Assembly (NCBI GenBank): GCA_043228905.1
Contig: JBHGNT010000210.1
Coordinates: 1 to 52,194, forward strand
Direction of reading: 5' to 3'
Source of the DNA: Azolla caroliniana
Lineage: Eukaryota > Plantae > Polypodiophyta
Length of the DNA stretch: 52,194 nucleotides
The notes below the pieces were generated by a model that saw only the letters and a program-made list of their open reading frames with translations, made no database searches and was not told the origin of the DNA. Below are positions 1 through 13,535 of this stretch, one piece after another. The stretch's first letter is position 1. Each line of letters opens with the position of its first letter. The position numbers and the translations under genes are program-made.

Positions 1-354
1 ACCCATATGGAAAATATGCAGAGAATGGAGAAGATCAGAAGGGATGACTAAGGATAGAAGCAAAGATACACATCAATTAGTGAGCCATTTTGAGAGATTT
101 AAGATGTTTGGGTTTGGAGATCAGGGATCAGGGAGAAGATTAACAATCAAGGCTTAACATGGTCGGATCAGATCAGATCATAGAGCGACAGAAGAGAAGA
201 GATTAGAAAAAGTTTAGGACAGAGGAGAACAGAGATGAAATCAGAACAGAATCAGGAAGTGCAGGGGATGGGCGATTCGGAATCTGAGGCAGATTCGTTT
301 TGAATGAATTGGGTTGCGACCCGATCTTGAAGATTGAGGGGGAAATTGGAGAAA

Positions 355-357
<3 letters not shown>

Positions 358-390
<33 letters not shown>

Positions 391-432
391 CAAGAAGGAG
401 GGAGAAGAATAAAAACTGAAGAAAGAAAGAGA

Positions 433-466
<34 letters not shown>

Positions 467-490
467 AGAAGAAGAAGAAGAGGAGGAGAA
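358..490. repeat. (AG)n and (GAA)n microsatellites in a purine-rich tract (CT-rich on the minus strand)
   Basis: Direct reading: (AG)n at about 358-387, (GAA)n at about 444-480. Confidence 0.95.
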
Positions 491-687
491 GAAATTAGAG
501 ATTGTGAAGAAATCCCAAAAACCTTGGGCCACCGGAGCAGTCGGTCACAGGAAGAAACTACCCGAGGGAGGACGGGAAGGAGCCGGTGAAAGGAGGGGGG
601 ATTAACCGGGAGGTTTAAGGGGGGGTTTACATACATAGAGAGAGGGGGCGGGGGCAGTTAGCGAGGGATTAGGAAGGGGGCCTCCAT

Positions 688-742
688 GATCTCAGCCGTT
701 GATCTTGCCAAGTCAGCCCCCAATGAGGGCTCGCCACGTGTC
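688..742 (-). promoter_or_regulatory. Possible proximal promoter motifs: MSA-like GATCAACGGCTGAGATC (minus strand, 688-704) and G-box/ABRE GCCACGTGTC (733-742)
   Basis: Matches to known plant cis-elements, upstream (minus sense) of a CT/CTT-rich tract typical of plant 5' UTRs. No coding exon is visible in the window. Confidence 0.35.
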
Positions 743-900
743 ATGGTCCCCACACCCAGCTTTGTTTTATTTGTGTGTGTGTGTGTGTTTTGGACTCATG
801 TGATGAGTGATGATCATCATCCCATGGCCCTATCCTCCCTCCCTTCTTTAAACTCACACTCCCTCTCTCACTCACTACATGCCAACCACCCACAACTCAA

Positions 901-902
<2 letters not shown>

Positions 903-959
<57 letters not shown>
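903..959. repeat. (GA)n microsatellite
   Basis: Direct reading. Confidence 0.97.
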
Positions 960-961
<2 letters not shown>

Positions 962-1399
962 CTGCTTGCCTTGCCTGCCACTTTTTGCTTGTTTAGTCAT
1001 GCAACCGTTCGCAACCTCCCTTTTCTATAGTCCATTTTGCTTACCTGACGTTGTTTTCGCTTGTGCCGGAGTTATCGGAGCATCGACCTGGGGGTTCCTT
1101 TGTCGGCCTCTTGCAATTTTTTAGATATACACCCTAAACATGAACCACGTTCTGCCCTTACTTCTCGCTTGCTCTAGGGATAGCTCAAATTTTCACTCCT
1201 CCGCGAGTGAGCCCCTCGACAAGTCTTAGGTGAATGCGGGCGACGATATCGCTCGATGAGGAACTACTTCAAGTCAAGTTTTAGACCAATATAACTCACA
1301 TGTCATTGTCACGCCCAAGAAATTCTTGCATGAATGTAGGCCTCGATGTTGCCAAAGTTGAGATTCGAAGTCGTTCGTTGATGCTCTCATTTGTGCATT

Positions 1400-2530
1400 A
1401 TGGTTAGGTATTTCGTCACTTGAGTTGATTGACTATATTGACTTCTTCTTGGTGGCCCCAATTGTACATAAATGAATGTGAATTGATATGTCGTAAACTC
1501 CCAACCCCAAGAACTAGACAATCTACCCAAACAATCCTCCCAAAGATAGGGGCATTTCTTATTAAGTGATTCCCGTATGAGAACATATTGTAATAACATT
1601 TTTGTGATCAAAATTACCTATATTAAATGATTTACCCAAAATAAGGTTCTTTTACTGATGACGTGATTGCCATGTTGGTGGCCATCTATGAATGCCATGG
1701 TTTTGAGAGAAGGTGTTGTCCTTATTGATTCACCCAAACTTTTCTAAGAGTTTAATGGTCTTTTCAATCAGATGATCTCATTGATGAAGTGATTAATAAT
1801 GAGATTATGAACAAGTCGGAATGTATTGTGGTTTGTTCAATGGGGTCCTAATTAATTGATCTATTAAATAAGATATCATTGACAAAATTCCCGATCATTA
1901 TATCATCTAATGAAAATTTTCTAAATTTGCTTTGTTCAATTGAAGCTACATGAACATGAAGACATCTTGTTGAAAAAAGAGAGTGTTGGGGACGTACAAC
2001 CTCTCCTTTAGTAATTTAAACCCCCTTGATGGTTCGATGAAATGATCTTCGCTTTTGTTACCAATCGAACGATTGGTTAATTATCTTGAACAACTTCTTA
2101 TTTGCAACAAATAAACAAATACGCCTAAGCAACATGCATATCCGTTGACAATATAAGATATAAAGTGGTCAGTGTCTTGTAGGACATGATGCCGATGGAC
2201 ATACCGTAAAATATACATTGCTCAACATGTTGTAAAACATGATGCAATGGATATCATAAGATACAAAATGGTCAACATGTTGTAAGATGTGTTTGGGGAA
2301 CTTTTGGTTGTTGATAATAAGAATGTGTATCATTGACAAAAAAAGGCCATCTAGATGGGTACCCAACGCCATGATCCACCATGAGAACAAAATTGATCTT
2401 TGAACCTCCAAGCATTTCAAAATTATACCCTTTTTGTTGGGCTATATGAATCATCTCATACATCACACAATACTCTTATTCCCTTGCTAGTCATGCATAA
2501 AAGAACGAGTTAAGAAAATGATTGTGCTTT
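1400..2530 (-). pseudogene. Highly eroded L1-type reverse transcriptase remnant
   Basis: Minus-strand translation across frames gives ordered faint matches to L1 RT motifs: FLTRSFMHD, YEMIHIAQQKG..NFEM..INFVLMVDHGVGYPSRW, RGCTSPTL, FVNDILF, LSLG-RIVWVD. The order matches the younger L1 in this window. Confidence 0.35.
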
Positions 2531-5500
2531 CTAACTTGTTAAAATATTTATTAATCATATAGTACAATAAAGTTATTCTTGGTTGATTGGTCTTAAGCAC
2601 CTTTACAACCTTTTATTTGACACAAAGTAAGTGACAACCTTCTTGTTTAATTGTGTGGATAATTGCGTAAAACACACATAAATCAAGCATCCATTTGGAG
2701 ACAATCTAGTGACCCCAATAAAACGAGTCATGGAAAAATTGAGGCTTAGGTATTCATAAGGCAAAAGTCTTGTAAATGAACACGTGTATATCTCGACTCC
2801 TTACCCATGACATAGTCGAGTTGATCGAGTTCGAATCCACAATTTCTAGGTATCAGTTTTACACTTGCTTTTAGAATAATTTAAGCATCACAACCACACA
2901 TTACAAGTATTTTTCACTCCACTAAAAAGGTGCATCCTAGTTGGACGCACATCTCATCCCCCCCTTCCTTTTTTTTAAATGAAGGGGCACATCATGCGCT
3001 CTATGAATTGGCTAAAATAAAATGCCTCTTTTTGTTCTTGGAAGTGTGTCTCAAGTTTTCGTTGTTGGGCACATCACACCTACCATTACACACCATGAGA
3101 AGGGTAAGAGGACACTTGGTAGGCTTCTATAATATACTAACATTAAAGAAGAGATCAAGTTGATAGTTTTAATGTATGAGACAAAAGTAGCGAGCATCTA
3201 TCTATGTGAGGAGATGGGTGGAGGAGAGAAAAGTAAAGAGAAGGTAAATTAACAATAGTAAATGTTGGGCATTGGCAACATCACATCCTAGTCCATTCCT
3301 TTTTCTATTCAACATTTCCCCCCTTGTTTTTTAGTTTCCTTCTTTTCTTTTGCTTAATAGGATCTTCTTGGGACCATAAAAGAACTAATAGAAAAGAGAT
3401 CGATCGAGAATCGCAAATGGAGATATCAATCAAAAGAATGTGTTATTTGTGTGAATACCCCTGGTCTTTCTAGGGTTTAAAAAAGGGCATGCTTCAATAT
3501 TATTAAAAAGAGTGGAATTGTAATTGATATAATTCCACATACAATTGAAAAATCTAAGATGTTCCCAGAATTCTTATGACTGTAACTACCGTGTTTTGTG
3601 TGGTGACAAAATATCATAAATACCATTCCCTTCTAGCTCGAGTAAATATACATCATACTCTTCCTCAATCTCAAAAGAGATTGGGGGATATGTTGCTTAG
3701 ATATAGACCTTAATGAGCGGGAAAATGAAATGGGAAAATATAAGCGCCATTAAAGTGAGGTTCTTGTTCTTCATTACAGCAATTAAAGAGTAACCCACTC
3801 TAACTATCATGCAACCTAATCACAACAAACTAATGAATTATGTTGTAACCTAATTAGCTCAAAATAATTAATTATGATACAAGCTAATATAATGACTTCA
3901 CAAATGATCATAATGGTTATTGTCACATTGTTAATGTGAATCGTAACTATAGTTATAACTTATAATGACTAGTATTAATATAAAAGGAAAGTTTTGCTAG
4001 TTGATCTTCAAGTATCATGAGAGGTTATACTCACTAACATAGAGTTTCATCAAAGAATGTTTGTTTGTTGTTTGCCATTACATAATGCTTATCTAACATA
4101 TTCCACAAAACAAATAACTATAGGACCAATCTGGTTCTACTTTTGTCTCTATTTGGTCCTAACTCCTAACATAGTTATATAAGTTATAACAAATGGTCAC
4201 ATAGGCCATTGCAAAATGAAGTGAACAAATTGTCAACCTTTCGCTGAATTTTAAAAATAGAAAATAATGTTTGATGAAAATCCATGTTCTTTTCTCGTAA
4301 GTATTGTATTTAGAGAGAATGTTGTAGCCTTTTTCTAATGACTGTATGTCACGAACTTGGAACTTATCCCAACATGATTTGTATGTCACATTTGTATTTA
4401 TGAATTAAACAAAAGAAACAGTTAATAACCTTTGAAGCCCAACCTTATCAAAATTCTATTGAGCATTTATTGTTTAGATGTAGAGATTTCAAAAGAGGAC
4501 AAGTTTGACATCGTACAAGATTATGCATCCACATTTACACATAATGCAAGAGTCAAGCCATCGAACATGCCGAGTCTATAAAGTATCCGCGTAGAATATC
4601 CACTAACGATGTTGCACATTCTCTCTCACTTTCTCTTTGTGTTTACTACCCTCATACGCATATAGCACAACCTATTAATGTATTGATGGCGAAAATGGCT
4701 ATTGGCTATTACAAATGGATTTTTAACACATGCAACACCCATATGTTTAACTAGGGCCACCAATTGCCATTTGCATCTACTAATTTAAATAATTGCTATT
4801 TAAACATAATGTACATCCATTGAGAAGTTTCATTTATCTTGGTATAAGAGTGTAAATTTGAAGGGCCAATATGTGAATTTACCTCCTATTTGGAGAAACA
4901 TCAAGGATCCCTTACATCAAGGAGACATCATCTTTTAAGTACTCTCTCTTGATCACATTCCTTCTTCTTATTTTTATGATCTACCAACTTCCATTCAATT
5001 GATTTATTTGTTTATAATTCCTCCTTTTCCAAATGGATTGCAATTTGCCATGCATATACATAACATATAATCCTAAAAGAACTCGTTGCACATGAGTAGC
5101 TCTTCACCCAAGAAAAGAGAAGATTTTATTTGTCCTCTTGTGCTTTTGGGAGCTCAAGACAACTTTATTGCATGTGTTTTTGTTCACATTTCACTTAGTC
5201 CATATAACCATTAATCCATATGAATTTGTATGATAAGCTTATACAACTCTGACAAATAGTTTTTCTTGTTTTGTACTCAAGGGATTTTGCATACACTTAA
5301 TTTATTTGAAAAGTGAGCTATGACCGGGGAATGAGAACACCAAAGACTCATGCTAGAATTGCATCGTCTTAGAAACAACAATTGATAATTTAAACTAGTC
5401 TTTGAAAGTTGAAATAAAAGAAAGACATGTTGCAAATGTCCATCCGTCATGCTTTAACCTAAGGTTTTCTGATACAAGAATGCATTGTGAGAAATTTCAA

Positions 5501-6475
5501 ATAATTGGTCACAAAGTGAGTTGAAATGAAATAAAACAGACTTATATGCATTATTTGAAATCCATGCTGTTCAACCTCAAAGAAGTATGGTGTGCTTATA
5601 GGTTTGATGTGTTATCTTGCAAAGCATAACTATTTTTCATGCTTTCATAGATGGCACTACAAAACAATAGAAGCTGATTATGATCTTTTGGTCCCCACAT
5701 GGATAACCTTATCAATTTATATACATCAATTCAATCTCTATCTTGGGGCTATACCATATACAACTTATAAGCCATGTTGCACCAATCAACGTATATACTT
5801 TTGGTCTCTCTAAATGCTCTACCCTATTAGTAAGATTTATAAAGAGATTGATCTTGCATAATGTAGGATTTTTACACTCTTGACTCTTACAAATCACCCA
5901 GTATCTTGTGAAATGTAGGGTATTGAACTCTCGCTAACTTACTTTATAATATCATGTGAAATGTAGGTTTAAAAGACATGGTTCAAGTCTTCATTAATAA
6001 ACCTTAGCAGCTGAACTACACTAGTTTGTTTTGTGTGTCCGCAGAATACTTTTGCACTCACATCAACCAACACGTTGGGATACATCCAAATAGCTTCATT
6101 CTCACACTATTCAAAGTGAAACATGGGCGATTGGTCTTTTTTAGCCATGTTGCATAATCATATAATTGAAAAGTGGCGCATGCAAATTAAGTAGACAACA
6201 TTTGAGAGTTTAGGGCATTGAGGACGAGGAACATGAAGTGAAGCATACATAAATTTTATAGAATTGTTGTTACCTTCCTTCGCATGATACCTTCTACTCA
6301 GCCAAATGATCCACCTCTTAATTGCATATATATGCTCTCCATTTGAGCACATAAAACATTTTGAAAAACAAATGAGTTGCATGTGTTGTACCCTCTACAT
6401 TACTAGAGGAGATTCCCTTGAAACACTTTTATGGGTCCCATTGTCATGTTGTTGGCATGCCGAGGACGGTAGTAC

Positions 6476-6500
6476 ATCATCATCATCATCATCATCATCA
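6476..6500. repeat. (CAT)n microsatellite
   Basis: Direct reading. Confidence 0.9.
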
Positions 6501-7412
6501 TATGCCCCTCTTCCCCCCACCATGTGCATATTTGTATGGTGCATAACCAATTTAAAACAATAACCTCACATGATTTCCCATTATTGACATGTGGAATATA
6601 ATGTTTTCTAAGTAGAATAATGAAATCTCGGCTTTTCAATGTATCACAAGACCATGTATGCATTATTCAACTCACACATGTAGAAATTTAGTTCTAATTC
6701 TCTAGACATCATGTGGATACAATTAAGTCATCAACTTTTTCTTGAATAAAGGTAAATTCGTTATGTAAAGTATTATGCATTTCGACATGTCATGCGGGAA
6801 TGTGTAAATGCATTTCCCATGGAAAGAAGTATTAAATGTGGAACAATCACATGTCTCTTGCCTTCACAATCTGCAATCGACGGATACAACTATTGTGGTA
6901 ATACAATCGGATGACATTTATATTTTGTTATGGAATCATATGACTCAAGAGCATGAGATAACAAATGCGTATATTGACATATTAAGAGAGTTTGTTAGTG
7001 CCACTATAGTTAAATGTGTGTGTGAAAGATTGCGTGCTTCAAAAATAGAGTGTATAATTAATTCAATAGTATTCCTTGCATTGGTATTCTAAGGTATTAA
7101 CTGCATGTGAGCATCCTCTACGTTCCCAATATACCTATTTTAATATCATATGCTTTAATGAATTTTATCTTCATGAAGTTGTTTGTCTTCACGCAAACAC
7201 TATAAAAGCATTTAATATACACTACTATAATTGTGGTCTTCCTTTCTCCTTTTCCCATCCTATACTTACAACTCTCTCCTAATATTTTTGGTTTATTATG
7301 CATGATGATTAACATGGTCAACTACTAAATCTTTGGTTACAAGTTTAAGAGTGCCTTAATTTTGGTAATCCTTGACACACAAGTTTGTTTGGCATATCTC
7401 ATTGTTCGAAAA

Positions 7413-7436
7413 TGTGTGTGTGTGTGTGTGTGTGTG
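7413..7436. repeat. (TG)n microsatellite
   Basis: Direct reading. Confidence 0.9.
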
Positions 7437-7967
7437 CATCCACATACATATATGTACATGTTCAAATAATTTATTCCCTGGAAGAATAAAAGTCTTGCAT
7501 TGCTTGCTATTTTGAGGGCTACTATAATACAATGTCAATGTAGCATGGACGAAAGGGACTCATACAAAATGGCTAAATTTCCACGGTACTTAAAATAAAA
7601 TATATGGTCTTTATGCAACCACTTGCAAGAGTTCTTACCTTAGATGTCTAATGGGTAATGCTTTATGATAGTAGTACCATGGGTTCATGAAGTGGAATTC
7701 ATGGCTTATGATCCAAATATGTTCCTTCTTTTGATCAAATCTCAACAAATATTTTCATAGGATACGATATATTCATAGGCACTCATGGACATACCATACT
7801 TGTAGACAACACAAGTAGTAAAGTAAATGTAAGATTAATGTCTTCTTTGATCAACTTTTTTTTTCCAAAAAAAACCTCCTTCCATTAGTTATAAAATTTT
7901 ACAAATGCGACTATTATGTACAAATCCTTGTAGGGATGCGATAGTTCTATCTTATGTGGATGCCCAC

Positions 7968-8788
7968 TCACTCAAGAAAGGGAGAGGACGACCATTGTTG
8001 GATGAAGGCTATTCGTTGTCTTTCAACTCCGTCAGAGCCGCCATTGAGGCCATCATATTGGCTCTTTAGAGTCGCTACAATTTCACTACATATCTCTTGC
8101 AGTAACCTTGTTAGATGCACGGTTTGGTTGGAGAAGACCCGTCTACACCGTTGTTTCCATAGAATCCAAAGAGTTATTGGGTTGACCAATTCCAACACAA
8201 CTTGAGATTTGTCATTAAGAGGAGTTGAGTGGACATTGCTGTTGGTGGAGAAAAAAACCTCTTGTGCTTTTATCACCAAAGTCATCCCCTCCTCCTGATG
8301 CTCGTATTTGCCAATTGGGGTTTGCCATGATAGCCAACATATATTTCCCCACTTGATTGAGCCTTGCACCTAGCATAAATGCAACCAACGGCCAACCCCC
8401 CACCATATTCGATGGGACGCTGGACAGTCCCACAAAGCGTGTCATATTGATATTACTACATTTGGGCACTCTACACAATTAGCAGAGCTAAGGTTCCCAC
8501 ATTGCCATGCTCCCACCGATAGTGACTTATGTATTAATAGCCATTGGAACGTGGTAATTCGTCTCACGTGTTGTTGTTTCCAGATTTTCTGCTAAAACTT
8601 GGTGATAATTGTGTGAGGAACTTGAAATGTGTGCCAGACCTTTGCAACAACCGGCTCTCGGGCGGTTTGAGTAGCTAGAATGTGGCGACCCAATCTAGTT
8701 GTGAATTGGAAGAAAGGGATGGGTTTGCTTCCTTGCCCTGCGTAAGGATCACGCCATGTCCATTGCAAAGGGTCCCAACTGACCTTAT
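7968..8788 (-). pseudogene. L1 ORF2 C-terminal region (after the RT; Cys-rich and LWILWKQRC-type motifs)
   Basis: ORFs 8215-8478 (CRVPKC) and 7968-8369 (LWILWKQRCRRVF) resemble plant L1 ORF2 C-termini. They continue the 13536-14830 fragment across the CTTAT TSD of Copia-1. Confidence 0.7.
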
Positions 8789-8972
8789 TGTTGAGAAGCA
8801 AGCTCAACATAGTATGTGATGCTTATTGGGAAATAAGCTATAGTAGCTATTTAGCTACTTGTGAACATAAAGGAGAAACAACTAATTAGCTACTGACAAC
8901 TATTTAGCGACTGATAGCTAATTAGCTACAGGCAGCTAATTAGCTGCATATGTAAGTAACTTATTACTTAGG
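8789..8972 (+). repeat. Copia-1 5' LTR, 3'-truncated and fused directly to gag sequence
   Basis: Near-identical to the start of the 3' LTR up to TTATTACTTAGG, then diverges into gag-like coding sequence. No PBS is present. Confidence 0.9.
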
Positions 8973-8978
8973 AATAAG

Positions 8979-11900
8979 ATGGATGATGTAAATAAAGGAA
9001 ATCTTGAGAATGAGGGGCAAGCCCTATATAATAGTGCTGGAAGAGGCCGAGGAAGAGGCCATGAAAGATTTGGCTCTGCAAGAACCAACAATAATGGTTA
9101 TCAAGGAAGAGGACAACAAACCATTAGAGGAAGAAACAACAACAGAGGCAGGGGGACCAACCAAGGTAGAGGTAAGCAAACATATGTAAATGATGATGGC
9201 TGTTGGTATTGTGAAAACCAGGCCACACACAGGCTGAATGTTACAAGAAGCAAAATGATGAGCAAAGAGGAAAGAGACAACAGAATAACTATGCCCAAAC
9301 TAGTGAAGATTGTGAAAAAGATGGTGCATTTGTGGTACAACATGAGATAGCAGCAGTGGCTGAAAGCTCACAGAAATGTAATGAAGAGTTTACATGGTAT
9401 GTAGACTCGGGGGCATCTAACCATATGACTGGACATGCAAACTGGTTTGAAAGTGTTGAGAGACAAGCTCAACATCGGCCGGATCGGCTGAAGAAGCCGA
9501 GGACCGGATCGGTTGGGACCGATCGGTTAGGCCGAATGCGTAAACCGGTACGCAGACCGGTGCGTAGGTAGGGCCGGATCGGTGCGTAAACCGGGAGGCT
9601 GTTAGGAAAGATATTCCGTGAGGAATATATTTGGGAGTTAGTGTAGGAGCTCTTAATGAGCATTGAAGTACTGTCAGTACTTTTGTCAGTCCTTCTAGGA
9701 CTTGTATAAAAGTGTTCATTGAACACACATATGTATAGAATGGTGAATAGAGATTGTTTGTTGAATATAGTTTTTGTGTTTTCTCTCTCTCACTCTCTCT
9801 GTCTCTCCCGCATATACTGTGTAAGCTCAAGCTCTCCATTAAACCTGAGTTTTCTTCCTCTTATTCGGTCTTCATACTTGCTTCCGCACGCTACTTTTTA
9901 CAGAAAGGTTAAGAGAACCAGAGATTCCTGGCTATGTACAAAGAGGTGATAATAGTACTCACCAAATAGAACATGTTGGAGATATCCCATCGTGGAAAGA
10001 AAAAGGAAAGACTAAGTATATGTTGAATGTAATGCATGTTCCAAATCTTGCTAAGAATCTGATTTCTGTTGGACAGATAGTAGAGCAAGGTATGCAAGTA
10101 AAGTTTAAGCAAAGTGGATGCTATATAGAAAAGAATGGGAAGCTCATTGCAAAAGGAAAATGACAAGGAAGACTGTTTATTTTGGATGTTGACATGCCTA
10201 GACAGATTTCAGCTATGTTTGCAAATGGAATGAGTGTAGTCTCAGATGTGGAAATGTGGCATAAAAGGATTGGCCACATAAGTATGCAAACCCTAAAGAA
10301 TATGTTGAGAAAAGATGTAGTGGCTGGACTGCCAAAATTGAAAAATTATGAAATGGGAAAGATATGTGGAGCATGTCAATATGGAAAGCAAAATAGGTTG
10401 CCATTCCCTCATGAAAGACATGTAAGTAAAAATTTGTTGGATTTGGTACATACGGATGTATGGGGACCAACTAAGAATGCATCTATCGGTGGCTGCAGAT
10501 TTTATCTAACTTTTATTGATGATTGCTCAAGGAAAACATGGCTGTATTTCATGAAAGAGAAAAGTGAAGTGTTTGAATGTTTTCGTAAGTTTAAATGTAT
10601 GGTAGAAAAGCAGGCAGGTACAAGAATAAAATGTTTAAGATCTGATGGAGGAGGAGAGTATTTCTCCAATGAATTTTCTGATTTTCTATGCAATCAGGGA
10701 ATAAGAAGACAATTCACATGTAGATATACTCCACAACAAAATGGAGTTGCTGAGAGGAAAAACAGAACATTGGTGAACATTGCAAGGGCTTTGACAACAG
10801 AGAAGAATATGCCATTGTACTATTGGGCAGAAGCTGTAAATACAACAAATTATATTCTAAATAGATGTATAACATCGGGATTGTTGGCTATTCAGAAGAA
10901 CAAAAAGGGTATAGATGCGATAACCCTGTAACAAAGAAGATTGTGACAAGTAGGGATGTAATCTTTGATGAGTTAGCCAGCTGGTACAGTCCAAAACAGA
11001 ATCCAGAGACTGATGAAGACAATGAGATTGAAGACAGAGACAAATCTGAAAATGTAGAAGACTGCCACAGAGATGGAAGCAAGATTGGACAGCAAAGTCC
11101 AACATCAACATAATGTTCTGGACCATCACAAAGCTCAGATGGTAAATCTGATTCGAATTATTGGAGTGGAAAAAGTGGAGGACACAAAAAATGTGACGAT
11201 AAAAAAGGAAAATAGAAAATGCCAGAGTATGAAATGTTGGATGACGTGTCTAAAAACATGGAAGATGAGGATTCAGATATGTCATTGGATGATCTTCTTG
11301 GTATAAGAAGATTGAAAATCCCTGGTATGGAAAAAGTATTGAAGGATGCAAATCAGAAACTGAGAAGATCAGATTGAGAGAAAAAAACTGTTGAAAGATT
11401 TGGTTATGATACATATATGGCTATGCATTATGCATATATGTCTAAGGTGGTACATATCCCTGATCCAAGTAGTTTTGATGAGGCTAAAACTGAGAAGAAA
11501 TGGGTGGATGCAATGCAAGAAGAGATTGATGCATTGGCTGAAAACAGAACATGGGATTTGGTGAAGTTACCAAAAGGAAAAAATGTGGTAGGTTGCAAAT
11601 GGGTCTACAAGACAAAGCATGATTCCAGTGGGAATGTAAGTAGACATAAAGCAAGATTGGTTGCAAAGGGATATGCCCAAATGCAAGGAATTGATTATGA
11701 TGAGACATTTGCACCGGTTGCAAAGATGGCAACATTGAGGACATTACTGGCTGTAGGTGTAGCAAGAAGATGGTTTCTTCATCATATGTATGTAAAAAAT
11801 GCCTTTTTACATGGTAACTTGGAAGAAGAAGTGTATATGTGTCAACCACCAGGTTTTGAAGATAGGAAGCATCCAGATTATGTATGTAAGCTGAAAAAGG

Positions 11901-12907
11901 CTCTCTATGGACTGAAACAGGCACCAAGAGCATGGCACAGAGAACTTTTAGATTATCTGAAAAAACTTGACTTCAAAATGTCAAAGGCTGATTCATCATT
12001 GTATGTTAAAAGAAAAGATGATTGTATTGTTGTGATTCTGATATATGTTGATGATCTCATCATTGGAGGTGATTCCATGGATGAAATAAGTAAGCTGAAA
12101 AGAAATTTGGAAATGCAGTTTCATATGAAAGATTTGGGAGATCTGAGATATTTTTTGGGTATTGAAATCATCAGATCTGAAAGTGGTATATATGTGTTGC
12201 AAAGACAATATGCAACAACTATGTTGAAAAAGTATGGTATGCTTGGATGCAAACCTATTGGAGTACCACTAGATAAAAACTGCAAATTGAGGGCTGATTT
12301 GGGAGCCAAAATAGAAGATGTAAACATGTACATGTCTATGGTGGGCAACCTTATTTATTTGACCATAACAAGACCTGATTTGAGTTATGCAGTTGGATTA
12401 GTCAGCCAATTTATGCAACAACCAAAAAAGTCGCATTTGGACTGCATTAGAAGAATTCTGAGGTATGTAAAAGCTACTCAAAACTATGGATTGTTTTACA
12501 GGGCTGATTTGGACATAAATCTGGAAGGATATACAGATGCTGATTAGGCTAGAAGCCTAACAGATAGAAGATCCACAAGTGGATATATGTTTACATTGGG
12601 AAGTGTAGGTATTTCATGGAGTAGCAAGAAACAAGCTACTGTTGCATTGTCTAGTACTGAAGCTGAGTATAGAGGAGCCGCCATAGCCACTTGTGAAGAG
12701 GTATGGATCAGAAGATTGCTTGCTGATTTGGGAGAGTATATAGATGGTACTATCACAATCTGGTGTGACAATATGAGCAACATTCAGCTTGCAAAAAACC
12801 CAGTGTTCCATGCAAGAACAAAGCACATTGAAGTGCATTATCACTTTGTTAGAGAAAAAGTGATTGAAGGAGAAGTTGATCTGGTGTATGTGAATACAAC
12901 TCAGTAG
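8979..12907 (+). pseudogene. pol: Copia-1 gag-pol (gag end, protease, integrase, RT, RNase H) with stops, frameshifts and deletions
   Basis: WYVDSGASNHMT; WHKRIGH..CGACQYGK; LVHTDVWGP, LRSDGGGEY, PQQNGVAERKN; KARLVAKGY, YVDD; [28 protein letters not shown]. Confidence 0.95.
9454..9902 (+). mobile_element. Solo LTR (Copia-3-related family) inserted in the Copia-1 protease region
   Basis: TG...CA ends and perfect TSD GAAAG (9449-9453, 9903-9907). Similar to the LTR pieces at 16124-16324 and 29750-29922. Confidence 0.93.
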
Positions 12908-13063
12908 GTTGCTGATATTCTCACAAAGGGATTGAGTGTGGAAAAGCATACACAGTTTTAGAACATGATGGGAGTTGTAGACACTGATATGATGGCTGAA
13001 AAGCATCATGGAAAAGAAATTGTAGATAACCCCAAGAAAGGATAAGTTGAGCTTGAGGGGGAG

Positions 13064-13530
13064 TGTTGAGAAGCAAGCTCAACATGGTATGTGATGCTTA
13101 TTGGGAAATAAGCTATAGTAGCTATTTAGCTACTTGTGAACATAAAGGAGAAACAACTAATTAGCTACTGACAGCTATTTAGCGACTGACAGCTAATTAG
13201 CTACAGGCAACTAATTAGCTGCATATGTAAGTAACTTATTACTTAGGTAAAAAAGTAAGAGAGTAGGCAAGTAAGAAATATACAGGAAGTAGAACTCTGA
13301 GAGAGAGAATGAGGATAGAGAGGAAGAACTCAGAGAGTGAGAGTAGAAGAGAGAAACAGACGAGAGCAAGTAGAGCTCTGTGTGTAATGAAATAGAAGAA
13401 GTTTTGGCTGCTACAGAGGTAAGTCTCCTTCCCCCTTCCCTTTTGTGTTTGAGCACCAAACGATCCAACACACCACGATCCGCCACGCACATAAGAAGAG
13501 CCCGAATGCCTTCTTCACGTTTTCTTAACT
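13064..13530 (+). repeat. Copia-1 3' LTR
   Basis: Starts TGTTGAG right after the PPT. Ends at a mutated terminus (TTAACT) followed by TSD CTTAT. Confidence 0.92.
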
Positions 13531-13535
13531 CTTAT

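Larger units (their letters stand above)
8789..13530 (+). mobile_element. Ty1/Copia LTR retrotransposon (Copia-1), internally deleted
   Basis: 5-bp TSD CTTAT (8784-8788, 13531-13535). LTR sequence at 8789-8972 and 13064-13530. PPT TTGAGGGGGAG at 13053-13063. Domain order gag-PR-INT-RT-RH. Confidence 0.95.

Noticed and set aside
241-1124. ORFs 241-636, 686-1030 and 879-1124 as genes
   Set aside because: They are low-complexity translations of microsatellites (poly-L, ER and SL repeats).
2550-7800. Short ORFs and a lone B-box-like GAGTTCGAATCC near 2830 in AT-rich DNA
   Set aside because: No recognisable domains, exon structure, termini or matching A box. Probably old decayed repeats that cannot be classified by eye.
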